Assembly: GCA_963839975.1 (NCBI GenBank)
Contig: CAWIXA010000002.1
Coordinates: 565,949-629,948 of the forward strand
Direction of reading: 5' to 3'
DNA from: an uncultured Acidobacteriota bacterium
GTDB lineage: Bacteria > Acidobacteriota > Terriglobia > Terriglobales > Acidobacteriaceae
DNA: 64,000 nucleotides
Position numbers and translations under genes: made by a program. Within the stretch, counting starts at the first letter, position 1. Each line of letters opens with the position of its first letter. Below, piece after piece: positions 10,243-19,503 of this stretch. The notes below the pieces were generated by a model that searched no databases, was not told where the DNA came from, and worked only from the letters and a program-made list of their open reading frames with translations.

Positions 10243-12195
10243 CTACTTCAAAATCACAAACGTTGTTTGCACGTTATAAATACTCTGAGGAACGGTCAGC
10301 GGCGCCACGATCGTGGTCGCGGTGTTGTCGGTCAGGAATTCCACCGACACGCTGTATGTACCCTTGGGGCAAACTCCCGTCGCACCCGAGGGCAGAATGC
10401 AACTGCTGGTGTCCCAATTGAAAAGGTACTGTTGGTTGTTATCGCCCTTGAACAAAGGCTGCGCCAAGCCTGAGCTTCCATTCGAGACCAATCCAATTGG
10501 AACGAACATTTGGTTGTTGTGGGTATCTTTGGTTTGTGCCACCGCCAGGAGCACCGTCGCGCCCGTAACATAAGATCCCGACTGGCACGAATTGCCGGGC
10601 GCGGCGGAAGCCAGCTTAATTTTCACCGGCACCGACTTCCCGGCCGAAAAACTTGATGCCGGCAAGTCCCACGCCAGGGTATTAGTGTTAAAGGTATTGT
10701 TCACCGGCGATTGAAATCCGCAGAACGCACCGGCCGGCGAGGCAGCGGTGTTGGGCTTCGAATTCATCAGAAAGATATTGCAGTCGGTTTTTTTAACTCC
10801 ACCCACGCTGGAATCCTGGGGTAGGTAACCATTAATCGGCCAAGTGCCAAGTTGAGCCAGACTCACCGAACCTGGCTGACAATCGTCGTTAAGGTCGGAG
10901 CAAACCAGCAATTGCGAGTCGGCCGCGCTTGCAGAAAACTGGTGCGCAACCTCAAAGTTCAACGTGGTGCCGTCCTTCGCTTTGCAGTTGGGGTCGTTGT
11001 TAAAAGTGGTGCCAGGTGTAATGTGAAGGCCTGCAGTCCCAATGCCAGCGACGAACCCATCCAAGCCAAGATTCACAATCGGGTCAGCGGCACCGCCAAC
11101 CAGGGAAGTATTGATCAGGCCGGCGACGTAGGTTGGGTTATAGAGATTTACGGCAATCTGTCCGCTGCAGGAATTCGCAACTTGGCTGATCTCCATGGCG
11201 GCAAATCCAAAATTAGCGATCTTGTCGCCATTCGGCCCGGCAGTCAGTGGCAAGCTGGTGGCTGAAGGCGCAAGCGCGAGTCCAATGGCAGGGAACGGAA
11301 CCGATGTGGTCGCAAGCAGCTTGCATCCCTTAACGGTCAGCACCGAACCCTTGGTTCCGGAGGCCACCGCCGCGTAAAGCGTATCGTCCAACGCGGTCTG
11401 CAGGAAGTTCGGCACATCTTTGCCTTTGAAGGTCTGGCAAGTGGTTGAACCTTGACCCTGGGAATTGAAGTGCAAAATATTCGCTTTGCCACCTTGGTCC
11501 GATACGTAGAGATCGCCAAAAGCTCCTCTGGCGATGCCCAACGGTTGCGACAGTCCAGAAATCAGCGGAGTCGGATCAATACTGGCGAGTGAGACCGGCG
11601 CGTGCAGGACATTGCCGTTCGCGTTGTCCACAATCAGCAGGTCCCCGGTGTTCTTCAGCGCGACGCCTTGATATTTGGCTGTGAGCGTTGTGAGCGGCGC
11701 CTGGTTGACGGCCACCGCACCCGAAGCCGATCCTAGTGGGATGCTCGTGATGCTATACGGATACGTGATAGTCGAGCTAGCCGACACCACCCAGACGCCG
11801 CCCCCGTTGACGTCTTGACTGGTCACAATCAGGTCACCCGTCGCGGTGATACGGCCACACTGCGGATGAGTTAGCGCCCCTCCCGAGTAAATAGCCTCCG
11901 GAGTGATGGGTGCTGTCGCCGTCGGATCAAATCTGACGATCTTGTTATTCGCCGTATCGCAGGCGTAAACCAGATAACGTGTGCTCCCGACAGCCGAATT
12001 GTCCGGCGCGACAACCATGCCTTCATAGTCGGCGCCGAGGGTCGAAACCAGAAGCGTCTCGCTGCCCGAAGCAGTGTCAATGCTGTAGATGTTTCCGGCA
12101 GTGCCGGTGGAAACGAAGACGGTGGGCGATCCGGCCCACGCCTGAGCGGCAAGAAAGCACACAACGGTTACAAGCAAGCGACGAAGACAGCGCAT
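10243..12195 (-). CDS. Secreted protein with NHL/beta-propeller-like repeats, function unknown
   Basis: I chose the internal ATG at 12195 because AGGAGG lies 6 nt upstream and it begins a signal peptide, MRCLRRLLVTVVCFLAAQAWAGS. An NHL-like repeat is present, e.g. SGLSQPLGIARGAFGDLYVSDQGG. The 75 codons upstream in the track ORF look non-coding. Confidence 0.6.
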   Translation of the reverse strand: MRCLRRLLVTVVCFLAAQAWAGSPTVFVSTGTAGNIYSIDTASGSETLLVSTLGADYEGMVVAPDNSAVGSTRYLVYACDTANNKIVRFDPTATAPITPEAIYSGGALTHPQCGRITATGDLIVTSQDVNGGGVWVVSASSTITYPYSITSIPLGSASGAVAVNQAPLTTLTAKYQGVALKNTGDLLIVDNANGNVLHAPVSLASIDPTPLISGLSQPLGIARGAFGDLYVSDQGGKANILHFNSQGQGSTTCQTFKGKDVPNFLQTALDDTLYAAVASGTKGSVLTVKGCKLLATTSVPFPAIGLALAPSATSLPLTAGPNGDKIANFGFAAMEISQVANSCSGQIAVNLYNPTYVAGLINTSLVGGAADPIVNLGLDGFVAGIGTAGLHITPGTTFNNDPNCKAKDGTTLNFEVAHQFSASAADSQLLVCSDLNDDCQPGSVSLAQLGTWPINGYLPQDSSVGGVKKTDCNIFLMNSKPNTAASPAGAFCGFQSPVNNTFNTNTLAWDLPASSFSAGKSVPVKIKLASAAPGNSCQSGSYVTGATVLLAVAQTKDTHNNQMFVPIGLVSNGSSGLAQPLFKGDNNQQYLFNWDTSSCILPSGATGVCPKGTYSVSVEFLTDNTATTIVAPLTVPQSIYNVQTTFVILK

Positions 12196-12777
12196 GATGG
12201 TTCCTCCTGGGAGCGCGATAGCGGGAAGAGGCCAGGGGAAAGAGCCCGCCACGCGTCCATCCTTGATAGTCGAAAATCCTTTCAAAGTCAAGATAAACAG
12301 AGCCGGAATGGGCGTCCCACGCGGGATTTGGGTGGCCCTGGGCACCATCGCAACGACCGGGCTGAGTTTCCTGGCTTGACGGCACGGCCACCACGCATTT
12401 CGACGGCCAGTTTGACGCACCGTTCGGCGGGATGAGACTATCCGCGTCGGCCAACACTGCGTTTAGTTTACGTTCCAATCCTGTGTTTCTTCAGGAGGCG
12501 CGAAGTGACCGCACCGCGAAATGTGATGCAAAGTTTTGCACTTTTCATCCTGCTGGCCGGGGCTGATCGAACAGGGTTGGGTGAGAACCCTTCTGATCAC
12601 CTCAAACAAGGCTTCGGGACTGCGCCGACTTCTGCCGGCCGCGAGTCTTGTGGCATTGGATAAATGCCTTTCATCTGGTGATGGCGTGAATCCCTGTGCG
12701 CACTTGCGAATCCGCAGGGCGGGCAGCGATACTTTTTGTCCAAGCTCATGCGGGTTTGATCTTTAGATTTTTCATTT

Positions 12778-13659
12778 TTGATGGCTCAGATTTCAGAGGG
12801 CAGCTTCGTTTTCCACTTTATGTCACGAGAACCGCGATCGGTAAATTCCGGCAAGCAGAAGCCGCAACGCCCGAAGGCGAAGGCTTCGCATTCCAGCGAA
12901 ACCCATGAACTGACGGAACTGGCACTGCGCGCCTGTTTGGTGGCGAACGACGCCGCATTTAACTTCCGGGACTTTCTGGCCAACGCTTCGCACATGGCGT
13001 TTTTGGCGGTGCGGGATTGCGAAAAAGAACTGGACCGCATTGAGCAGGAGATGGATGAGGAGCTTCCGGCGGCCATCACCCAGGTCAGCGAATTGGAAGC
13101 GCGGGAACTGCTGGCGTGTCTGCGGTTCAGCAACGAACTGGAGCGAATCGGCGACCTGCTGTGGTGGGTGGCGCAGCGGGCACAGAGTTTGCCCGTCCGG
13201 ATACCCAAGGCCGACGCGCAGGAACTGATGGAGATGACCGGCATTCTGGAGAAGATGCTGCAAAGCGTCCGCGAGGGATTTACCCAGCGCGAGTTGGAGC
13301 CGGCGAGCTACGTATTGCGCGCCGATCGTGAAATCGACCGGGTGTACCGGGCGCTGTTTCGCCGTCACGTGACCAACAGCGGCGAGAAGAACATGCAACA
13401 CAGCGCGGACGTGCTGTTAATGGCGCAGTCGCTGGAGCGCGCCGGAGATCACGCCACGAACCTGGCGGAAGAGTTGTTCCGGCTGATCGAAGGCCGCAGC
13501 CTGCGGCACACCCCGAAGACGGCACGTGAAGGATTAAAAATACGCCGGGAAAGCGGCCCACAAATTAACTTGCTGGAAGTTGCGGCAGGTGATAGCATCC
13601 CGCAAATTTCGCGTGGAGGCTCCCATGGTCACCGTACTTCGGCCCCTTTCCACCAGTGA
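12778..13659 (+). CDS. PhoU-domain protein (PhoU-like regulator)
   Basis: Two PhoU-type repeats are present: RFSNELERIGDLLWW and AQSLERAGDHATNLAEELF, plus DREIDRVYRALFRRH. No pst genes are nearby. The start is uncertain (12778, 12781 or 12820). The 3' end overlaps the next gene by 35 nt. Confidence 0.7.
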   Translation: MMAQISEGSFVFHFMSREPRSVNSGKQKPQRPKAKASHSSETHELTELALRACLVANDAAFNFRDFLANASHMAFLAVRDCEKELDRIEQEMDEELPAAITQVSELEARELLACLRFSNELERIGDLLWWVAQRAQSLPVRIPKADAQELMEMTGILEKMLQSVREGFTQRELEPASYVLRADREIDRVYRALFRRHVTNSGEKNMQHSADVLLMAQSLERAGDHATNLAEELFRLIEGRSLRHTPKTAREGLKIRRESGPQINLLEVAAGDSIPQISRGGSHGHRTSAPFHQ

Positions 13660-14548
13660 GTTGCTGGACCGGACTTTTCATCTGTACCGGAACAACTTCG
13701 TCGTGTTTGTAGGCATAGCGGCGATTCCACAGTTGTTCGTGCTCGCGCTCCGTGTTGTGGTCAGGGCGACGCCAGACGTAAATCAAATCGGCGAGTTTTT
13801 TCTCGTCTCGGTCGGTGTTGCGATCGTCAGCTTCATTGCGGCGGAGACCTCCCAGGCGGGGGCCGTAATGGCCGTCTCGAACCTACAGCTCGACCGTCCC
13901 GCTGGCGTCAGCGATGCGTTTCGTTCCGTGCAAAGCAGTCTTCTGCGGGTAATATGGGTCTCTTTTGCCGTGCTGTTTATTCCCATCTTGTTTGCAATTC
14001 CCGTTCTGATCGTTGTAGGGGTTGTGGCTGGAATCGCTGGCGGAGTTGTTGGCGGTGGACTTGGCAACGTCGGAGCGATTCGGCTCGTGTCTTTTTCTTT
14101 GGTGCTGATCGTGCCGCTCATCGCGTTGCGATGGTGGCTGGCGTGGTCTCTGGTGGTACCCGTCACGGTGCTAGAGGGCGGTGGGCTCCGGGTTAGCATG
14201 CGCCGCAGCAAAGCGCTAACCAAAGGCTGTCGGGGCCGAATCTTCTTAATCTACTTGCTGATTGGTATCCTCGTTGCGATCGTTTCATGGATGATCCAAC
14301 TGCCGCTGTTAGCATTGATAGGAGTTCGATCCCTCCGAGAGCCTGGCACCATGACCGCAGCGGCACAAGCGATCTCAGCTGCGGGTGTGTTCCTTAGCAC
14401 AAGCTTGGTCGGATCCCTGGCTACGATCGCTCTGACTCTCATCTATTACGATCAACGGGTGCGCAAGGAAGGCTTCGACCTGCAACTGATGATGTCCACT
14501 TTGGAGGGCGGGGGGCAAGCCGCCTCTGCCCCCGCTAGCGTGTCCTAG
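13625..14548 (+). CDS. Polytopic membrane protein, tandem paralogue A (conserved N- and C-termini; GP-PDE-membrane-domain-like)
   Basis: ATG 13625 is preceded by GGAGG. The N-terminus is MVTVLRPLSTSELLDRTFHLYRNNF, followed by about 6 hydrophobic segments. The C-terminus is LTLIYYDQRVRKEGFDLQLMMSTLE. Confidence 0.7.
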   Translation: MVTVLRPLSTSELLDRTFHLYRNNFVVFVGIAAIPQLFVLALRVVVRATPDVNQIGEFFLVSVGVAIVSFIAAETSQAGAVMAVSNLQLDRPAGVSDAFRSVQSSLLRVIWVSFAVLFIPILFAIPVLIVVGVVAGIAGGVVGGGLGNVGAIRLVSFSLVLIVPLIALRWWLAWSLVVPVTVLEGGGLRVSMRRSKALTKGCRGRIFLIYLLIGILVAIVSWMIQLPLLALIGVRSLREPGTMTAAAQAISAAGVFLSTSLVGSLATIALTLIYYDQRVRKEGFDLQLMMSTLEGGGQAASAPASVS

Positions 14549-14578
14549 CGCGGCTACCGGGAACAAGGAGTGAGCCTG

Positions 14579-15502
14579 ATGGTCACCATCTTGCGTCCGC
14601 TATCCACCAGCGAACTATTGGATCGGACGTTCCATTTGTATCGGAACAACTTCCTCATGTTCGCCGGAATTGCGGCCATACCTCAGATTCCGGTCCTCGG
14701 TTTGCGATTGACAGATTCAGCTCTACTATTGCGACAAGTAATCCCGAGCCGAGGCATACGGACCGCGATTTTTTATTTGTCCGGCTTCCTCGCCGTTGAA
14801 ATCGCGCACGCGGCGACAGTCTCCGCCGTCTCCAGATTGCACTTGGGGCAACCCGCAGACATCGCATCCGCCTATGGCTCCTCCGCCCGAAGCCTGCCTC
14901 GCGCCGTCACGAGCGCCTCTATTGCCGTTGTGCTCCCCCTCCTGTTCGGATTTGTTGTTTTCGCAATGTTGATATGGGGAGTCGGCTTTTTCGTTATTGG
15001 TCTTAGGGTTGCAATCTGGATTCGAGGAGTGACAGCACTGCTCGCATTTCTTGCTGCGTTTCTTTTAGCTATTCGATTGTGGACAAGATGGTCCCTGGTC
15101 GTGCCAATTGCAGTTCTCGAGCGAAGCGCCATCCGTCCTACTATGAGTCGGAGTCGATTGCTTACGGAAGACCGCCGCACGCGGATCTTTGCGGTTTGTA
15201 TCCTCGTCGTTGCACTTACGTGGATCGTCAGCATACTCTTTCAAACGCCGTTCTATTACATCGCCGGATGGCGAGGGCTGTCGCGCCAGGCTAGTATCAG
15301 CAACGTTGGCGTGACGATGTCAGCGATTGGGAACTTCGCAAGCACGAGTCTGGTGGGACCGCTCTTGACCATTGCGCTGACCCTGATCTACTACGATGAA
15401 CGTGTGCGCAAGGAAGGGTTCGACCTGCAACTGATGATGTCCACGCTGGAGAGCGGCAGCGCGCCGAATGTCGCTGCGGCGCCGGCAGGCACCGGTGTTT
15501 AG
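14579..15502 (+). CDS. Polytopic membrane protein, tandem paralogue B
   Basis: ATG 14579 is preceded by AAGGAG. The N-terminus is MVTILRPLSTSELLDRTFHLYRNNF. The C-terminus is LTLIYYDERVRKEGFDLQLMMSTLE. Confidence 0.7.
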   Translation: MVTILRPLSTSELLDRTFHLYRNNFLMFAGIAAIPQIPVLGLRLTDSALLLRQVIPSRGIRTAIFYLSGFLAVEIAHAATVSAVSRLHLGQPADIASAYGSSARSLPRAVTSASIAVVLPLLFGFVVFAMLIWGVGFFVIGLRVAIWIRGVTALLAFLAAFLLAIRLWTRWSLVVPIAVLERSAIRPTMSRSRLLTEDRRTRIFAVCILVVALTWIVSILFQTPFYYIAGWRGLSRQASISNVGVTMSAIGNFASTSLVGPLLTIALTLIYYDERVRKEGFDLQLMMSTLESGSAPNVAAAPAGTGV

Positions 15503-15513
15503 GAGCGGATTCC

Positions 15514-16419
15514 ATGATCACGGTGTTGCGGCCGCTTTCGACCGGCGAGTTGCTGGACCGGACGTTCCACCTGTACCGCAACAATTTCCTGGTTTTCGCG
15601 GGGATCACTGCCATTCCACAACTGTTTATTCTGGCGCTGCAACTGGGCGGCGCAGTGATGGTCATTGGACGGCGAGGGCCCGGCGGCGTGTACATGATTC
15701 TTGGCGGATATCTGTTGTTCTACCTCGCGATATTCATTTCGCAAGCGCCGACTATTGTTGCGGTTTCTAATCTTCAAATGGAAAAGCCCACGGGCATCGG
15801 GTCTGCGTATTCCTCTTCGAAAGGCAGTCTTTTGCGCGTGCTTTGGATTGTGTTCCTGATATTCGTGACGATGGGCGGTTTTTTCCTGGTGATGGGTATC
15901 GCGATAGGAATGCTGATTGGCGCGGCGAGCGCTGCTGGGTCGCCGTGGGTGAGTGGCACGGTTGCTTTCGTCACCATTACCGCGGCGGTTGTCTGGGCCT
16001 TGCGCTGGGTGTTGAACTGGTCTCTGGTGGTTCCCGCCACCGTCCTTGAAGGTGGATGGTTTCGAGCATCGATTCGGCGAAGCAAGACCCTCGCCAAGGG
16101 GAGCCGGTTCCGTATCTTTGTGGTGTATCTGCTGATGGGTTTGTTTGTGGCGGTTACCAGCTTTACGATTCAGTTCCTGCTGATGCTGTTGCCACAATTT
16201 TTTCACATACGCAATTTGCACACGATCCAAGCTGCCATCCTGGGGATGCAAGCGATCGGGATTTTCGTGAGCACGACCCTGGTCGGAGCGCTGGCGACAA
16301 TCGCGCTGAGCCTCATCTACTATGATCAAAGGGTGCGCAAGGAAGGTTTCGATCTGCAACTGATGATGTCCACGCTGGAGAGCGGCGCACCGACAGCCGC
16401 CGCCGCGCCCGCTTCGTGA
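15514..16419 (+). CDS. Polytopic membrane protein, tandem paralogue C
   Basis: ATG 15514 is preceded by AGGAG. The N-terminus is MITVLRPLSTGELLDRTFHLYRNNF. The C-terminus is LSLIYYDQRVRKEGFDLQLMMSTLE. Confidence 0.7.
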   Translation: MITVLRPLSTGELLDRTFHLYRNNFLVFAGITAIPQLFILALQLGGAVMVIGRRGPGGVYMILGGYLLFYLAIFISQAPTIVAVSNLQMEKPTGIGSAYSSSKGSLLRVLWIVFLIFVTMGGFFLVMGIAIGMLIGAASAAGSPWVSGTVAFVTITAAVVWALRWVLNWSLVVPATVLEGGWFRASIRRSKTLAKGSRFRIFVVYLLMGLFVAVTSFTIQFLLMLLPQFFHIRNLHTIQAAILGMQAIGIFVSTTLVGALATIALSLIYYDQRVRKEGFDLQLMMSTLESGAPTAAAAPAS

Positions 16420-17405
16420 TGAGCCTTTCCCGATACGCTACCGCGTTGTTGCTGAGCTGTCTGTGCCTGAGCATGGCTACGGGTGCGCAGAGTAGCGACG
16501 TGCAGCCTGTACAGGTGTTCCAAGCCCGGGCACTTTCATTTGCCGAATACGTATCCGAACTTGATCGTTTGACCGTGTTGGCCGGCCAGGCCGACCAGGA
16601 CTCAAATGCCGCTGCCACTGCGATCGCGGAACTGCGTGGTGGCTGGAAAGTGCAGACTGACGGCGGTGAGTTTGCCATCCCGACTGACCGGATATTCGAC
16701 CAATTTGAAAAGCTGCAAAAGCACCCGGATCGCGAGATCCGCGATGGCCTGCTGGAGCGGCTTACCACCATGAAGGCCGACGCGCAAGCTTTTCAGCAGA
16801 CGCCACAGGATTCGGCAGCAGCGCGGGCTTCCCTTGCCCAGATTCTTGCGCGCAGCGAGTTCCACCAGGTCCGCGGCCCCACCTGGTTCGACCGGCTCAA
16901 GGCGAGGATCATTTCGTGGATTGTCCGCATGCTAACGATAGCGTTCGGGGCTTCTTCCGCTCCGGTAGTGGGATGGGTTTTGGTTTGGGGGCTGGTGGCG
17001 GTCGCGGTGCTGGCGCTGGCCTGGTTTATCTATCGCGAGATGAAACGCAACGCGCGCCTTGAAACCATCATGCCGGAGGTCTTGCCGGTTTCGGCCAAAC
17101 AGTGGCGAATATGGCTGGCAGAGGCGCAGGCCGCCGCGGCAAAAGGCTTGTGGCGCGATGCCATCCACCTGGCGTACTGGGGCGGGATTTCATCTCTGGA
17201 AGAGAGCGGGATGTGGCGTCCGGATCAGGCACGTACGCCGCGCGAGTATTTGCGTCTGCTGCCCGCCGACAGCCAGCATCGTACAGCTCTTTCCACGCTG
17301 ACACGGCAACTCGAAGTCACGTGGTATGGAAATCAGCCGGCGGGAGCGGAAACTTTTGCTGCCACTCTCACGCACCTGGAGGAAATGGGATGCCGGCAGC
17401 AGTAA
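16416..17405 (+). CDS. DUF4129-like membrane protein
   Basis: A signal/anchor (LLLSCLCLSMATGAQS) is followed by central TM helices. The C-terminal motif WRPDQARTPREYLRLL is typical of DUF4129. The start (GTG 16416 or ATG 19 nt... ATG 16419) overlaps the previous stop. Confidence 0.65.
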   Translation: MMSLSRYATALLLSCLCLSMATGAQSSDVQPVQVFQARALSFAEYVSELDRLTVLAGQADQDSNAAATAIAELRGGWKVQTDGGEFAIPTDRIFDQFEKLQKHPDREIRDGLLERLTTMKADAQAFQQTPQDSAAARASLAQILARSEFHQVRGPTWFDRLKARIISWIVRMLTIAFGASSAPVVGWVLVWGLVAVAVLALAWFIYREMKRNARLETIMPEVLPVSAKQWRIWLAEAQAAAAKGLWRDAIHLAYWGGISSLEESGMWRPDQARTPREYLRLLPADSQHRTALSTLTRQLEVTWYGNQPAGAETFAATLTHLEEMGCRQQ

Positions 17406-18556
17406 GCGCGGGAGACCGCAAGATCCTGTTCGTGGCGGGCGGAGCGTTTCTGCTGCTCATCGCTCTGGGATTCTTACTGGCGCCTGCCGGCGACGCTGGA
17501 GCCAACTCGGCAACTACTTATTCCACTGCTTCCGAAGGCGCAAAGGCCGCTTATCTGCTGCTGCAGGAGACGGGGTATCACGTGGAACGCTGGCAGCAGT
17601 CTTCCACGTCACTAAAGGCGGACAGCAACACGGTTGTGATTATCGCGGACCCCAGTATGATTCCGAACGGGAAACAAAAGGCTGCGCTGGAGCAATTCAT
17701 ATCCGGCGGCGGACGCGTGATCGTCACCGGACTGAGGGGCGCCAAATTTCTTCCGGAAGACTCGTCGGAATACGACGAAGCTCCGAAAACACCGTGGGCC
17801 GAGTTCAAAGCGCTGACGCCGTCGGCAATCACCCGGGCCGCGCCGAAAATTACTCTGGCACCAGTGGCGCATTGGTCGGGCACAGGTACTGGTCTTTACG
17901 GGGACAGCGATCACACTGTGGTCACACACTTCGCACACGGAAAAGGCGACGTGCTTTGGATGGCCTCGGCCACGCCGATGACGAATGCTGGAATCAAAGA
18001 ACCAGGCAATCTCGAGTTTCTCCTTACGGCAATCGGCGATAAGCAACGAACCCGGGTGCTTTTCGATGAATATGTTCACGGCTACAACGAAGGGGATGAG
18101 CCGGAACGAAGCCATCCGTTAATGACGGCGCTGCTTTTGCAATCGGTGGTGCTGGGACTGGCGGCGATCCTGACGTTTTCCCGCCGCAGTGGGCCGCTTC
18201 GGCCCATGCCCGCCGAATCCCGCCTCGCGCCGCTGGAATTTGTGGAGACGCTGGGCGGCCTGTATCAGCAGGCGCATGCGGCGTCGGTCGCCGTGGACGT
18301 CTATTACCAGCGCTTTCAGTACTGGGCCACCCGCCGACTGGGCATCGCAAATAAGGCGACTCCGGAAGATCTGGACCGCGCGGTCCGCGAACGCTGGAAT
18401 TTGCATGACGACAAATTCCTGCCCACGCTGCTGGCAGCGGCGTCAGCACGCTATCAACCCGACCTTCCCCAGAAAGACGCACTGAAGATCGTTCAGGCGC
18501 TTTATTCTTATGCAGTCACGCTGAAGCTCTTCCCCGTCGCAAAGGAGAAACATTAA
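17390..18556 (+). CDS. DUF4350-like protein
   Basis: The ATG at 17390 is preceded by GGAGGA and begins MPAAVSAGDRKILFVAGGAFLLLIALGFLL (N-terminal TM). VVIIADPSMIPNGKQKAALEQFISGGGRVIVTG matches the DUF4350 pattern. The first 96 codons of track ORF 17102.. overlap the preceding gene and are probably not translated. Confidence 0.65.
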   Translation: MPAAVSAGDRKILFVAGGAFLLLIALGFLLAPAGDAGANSATTYSTASEGAKAAYLLLQETGYHVERWQQSSTSLKADSNTVVIIADPSMIPNGKQKAALEQFISGGGRVIVTGLRGAKFLPEDSSEYDEAPKTPWAEFKALTPSAITRAAPKITLAPVAHWSGTGTGLYGDSDHTVVTHFAHGKGDVLWMASATPMTNAGIKEPGNLEFLLTAIGDKQRTRVLFDEYVHGYNEGDEPERSHPLMTALLLQSVVLGLAAILTFSRRSGPLRPMPAESRLAPLEFVETLGGLYQQAHAASVAVDVYYQRFQYWATRRLGIANKATPEDLDRAVRERWNLHDDKFLPTLLAAASARYQPDLPQKDALKIVQALYSYAVTLKLFPVAKEKH

Positions 18557-19503
18557 TGCAAGCCGTTTCGCAGCTACTCGATCAACTCCGCCAGCAGACG
18601 GGCAGAGTCGTGGTTGGCCAGGAAGAATTTCGCGACCAATGCCTGGTCACTCTGCTTTGCCGCAGCCATGCGTTGCTGGAAGGCGTACCTGGGGTCGCAA
18701 AGACTTTGCTGGTAAAAACGCTGTCGCGGATTCTAGGGCTGGAATTTCAGCGGGTGCAGTGCACTTCGGACCTGATGCCTGCGGACATCATCGGCACGAA
18801 CATTCTGAATATGGCGACCAGCAGCTTCAATCTGCACAAGGGGCCGGTATTCACTGATCTGCTTCTGGTGGATGAAATCAACCGCATGCCTCCACGGACG
18901 CAAGCCGCGCTGCTGGAGTGCATGGAGGAATATCAGGTCACGATTGATGGCACGCGTTATCAGCTTCCGGCGGAATTCAGCGTGTTTGCCACGCAAAACC
19001 CGATCGAGTTTGAGGGGACGTATCCTCTTCCCGAGGCGCAGCTTGACCGTTTCTTGTTGAAGATTCGCGTTGGATATCCAGCGGCGAATGACGAAGTACA
19101 GATGTTGACGAATGTGCAGAACGGCTTTGAGGCCCGCGATTTGGACAGCATAGGGCTGATACCGTTGCCCGCTGGTCTGCTGGCGGCGGCGCAGCAAGAG
19201 GTGAAGGCCGTCAAAGTAGAACCGGCACTCTTTAATTACATTGTGCAGATTGCGCGGCGGACGCGTGATTGGCCTTCGCTGTCGCTGGGAGCAAGTCCGC
19301 GCGCAGCCATCAGTTTGATGGTGGTAGCACGAGCGATGGCCGCCATAGACGCTCGCGATTATGTGATTCCGGATGACGTGAAAGCCGCTGCGCCCCCGGT
19401 ACTGCGGCACAGGCTGGTGCTCAAGCCGGAGGCCGACCTGGAAGGGCTTAGCGCTGACCTCATCATTGCCGATGTTCTCCGCGCGGTTGAGGTCCCGAAG
19501 TGA
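18556..19503 (+). CDS. MoxR-family AAA+ ATPase
   Basis: Walker A is LLEGVPGVAKTLL and Walker B is LLVDEINRMPPRTQAALLECMEE. FATQNPIEFEGTYPLPEAQLDRF is the classic MoxR/AAA_3 core. The start overlaps the previous stop (TAATG). Confidence 0.95.
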   Translation: MQAVSQLLDQLRQQTGRVVVGQEEFRDQCLVTLLCRSHALLEGVPGVAKTLLVKTLSRILGLEFQRVQCTSDLMPADIIGTNILNMATSSFNLHKGPVFTDLLLVDEINRMPPRTQAALLECMEEYQVTIDGTRYQLPAEFSVFATQNPIEFEGTYPLPEAQLDRFLLKIRVGYPAANDEVQMLTNVQNGFEARDLDSIGLIPLPAGLLAAAQQEVKAVKVEPALFNYIVQIARRTRDWPSLSLGASPRAAISLMVVARAMAAIDARDYVIPDDVKAAAPPVLRHRLVLKPEADLEGLSADLIIADVLRAVEVPK

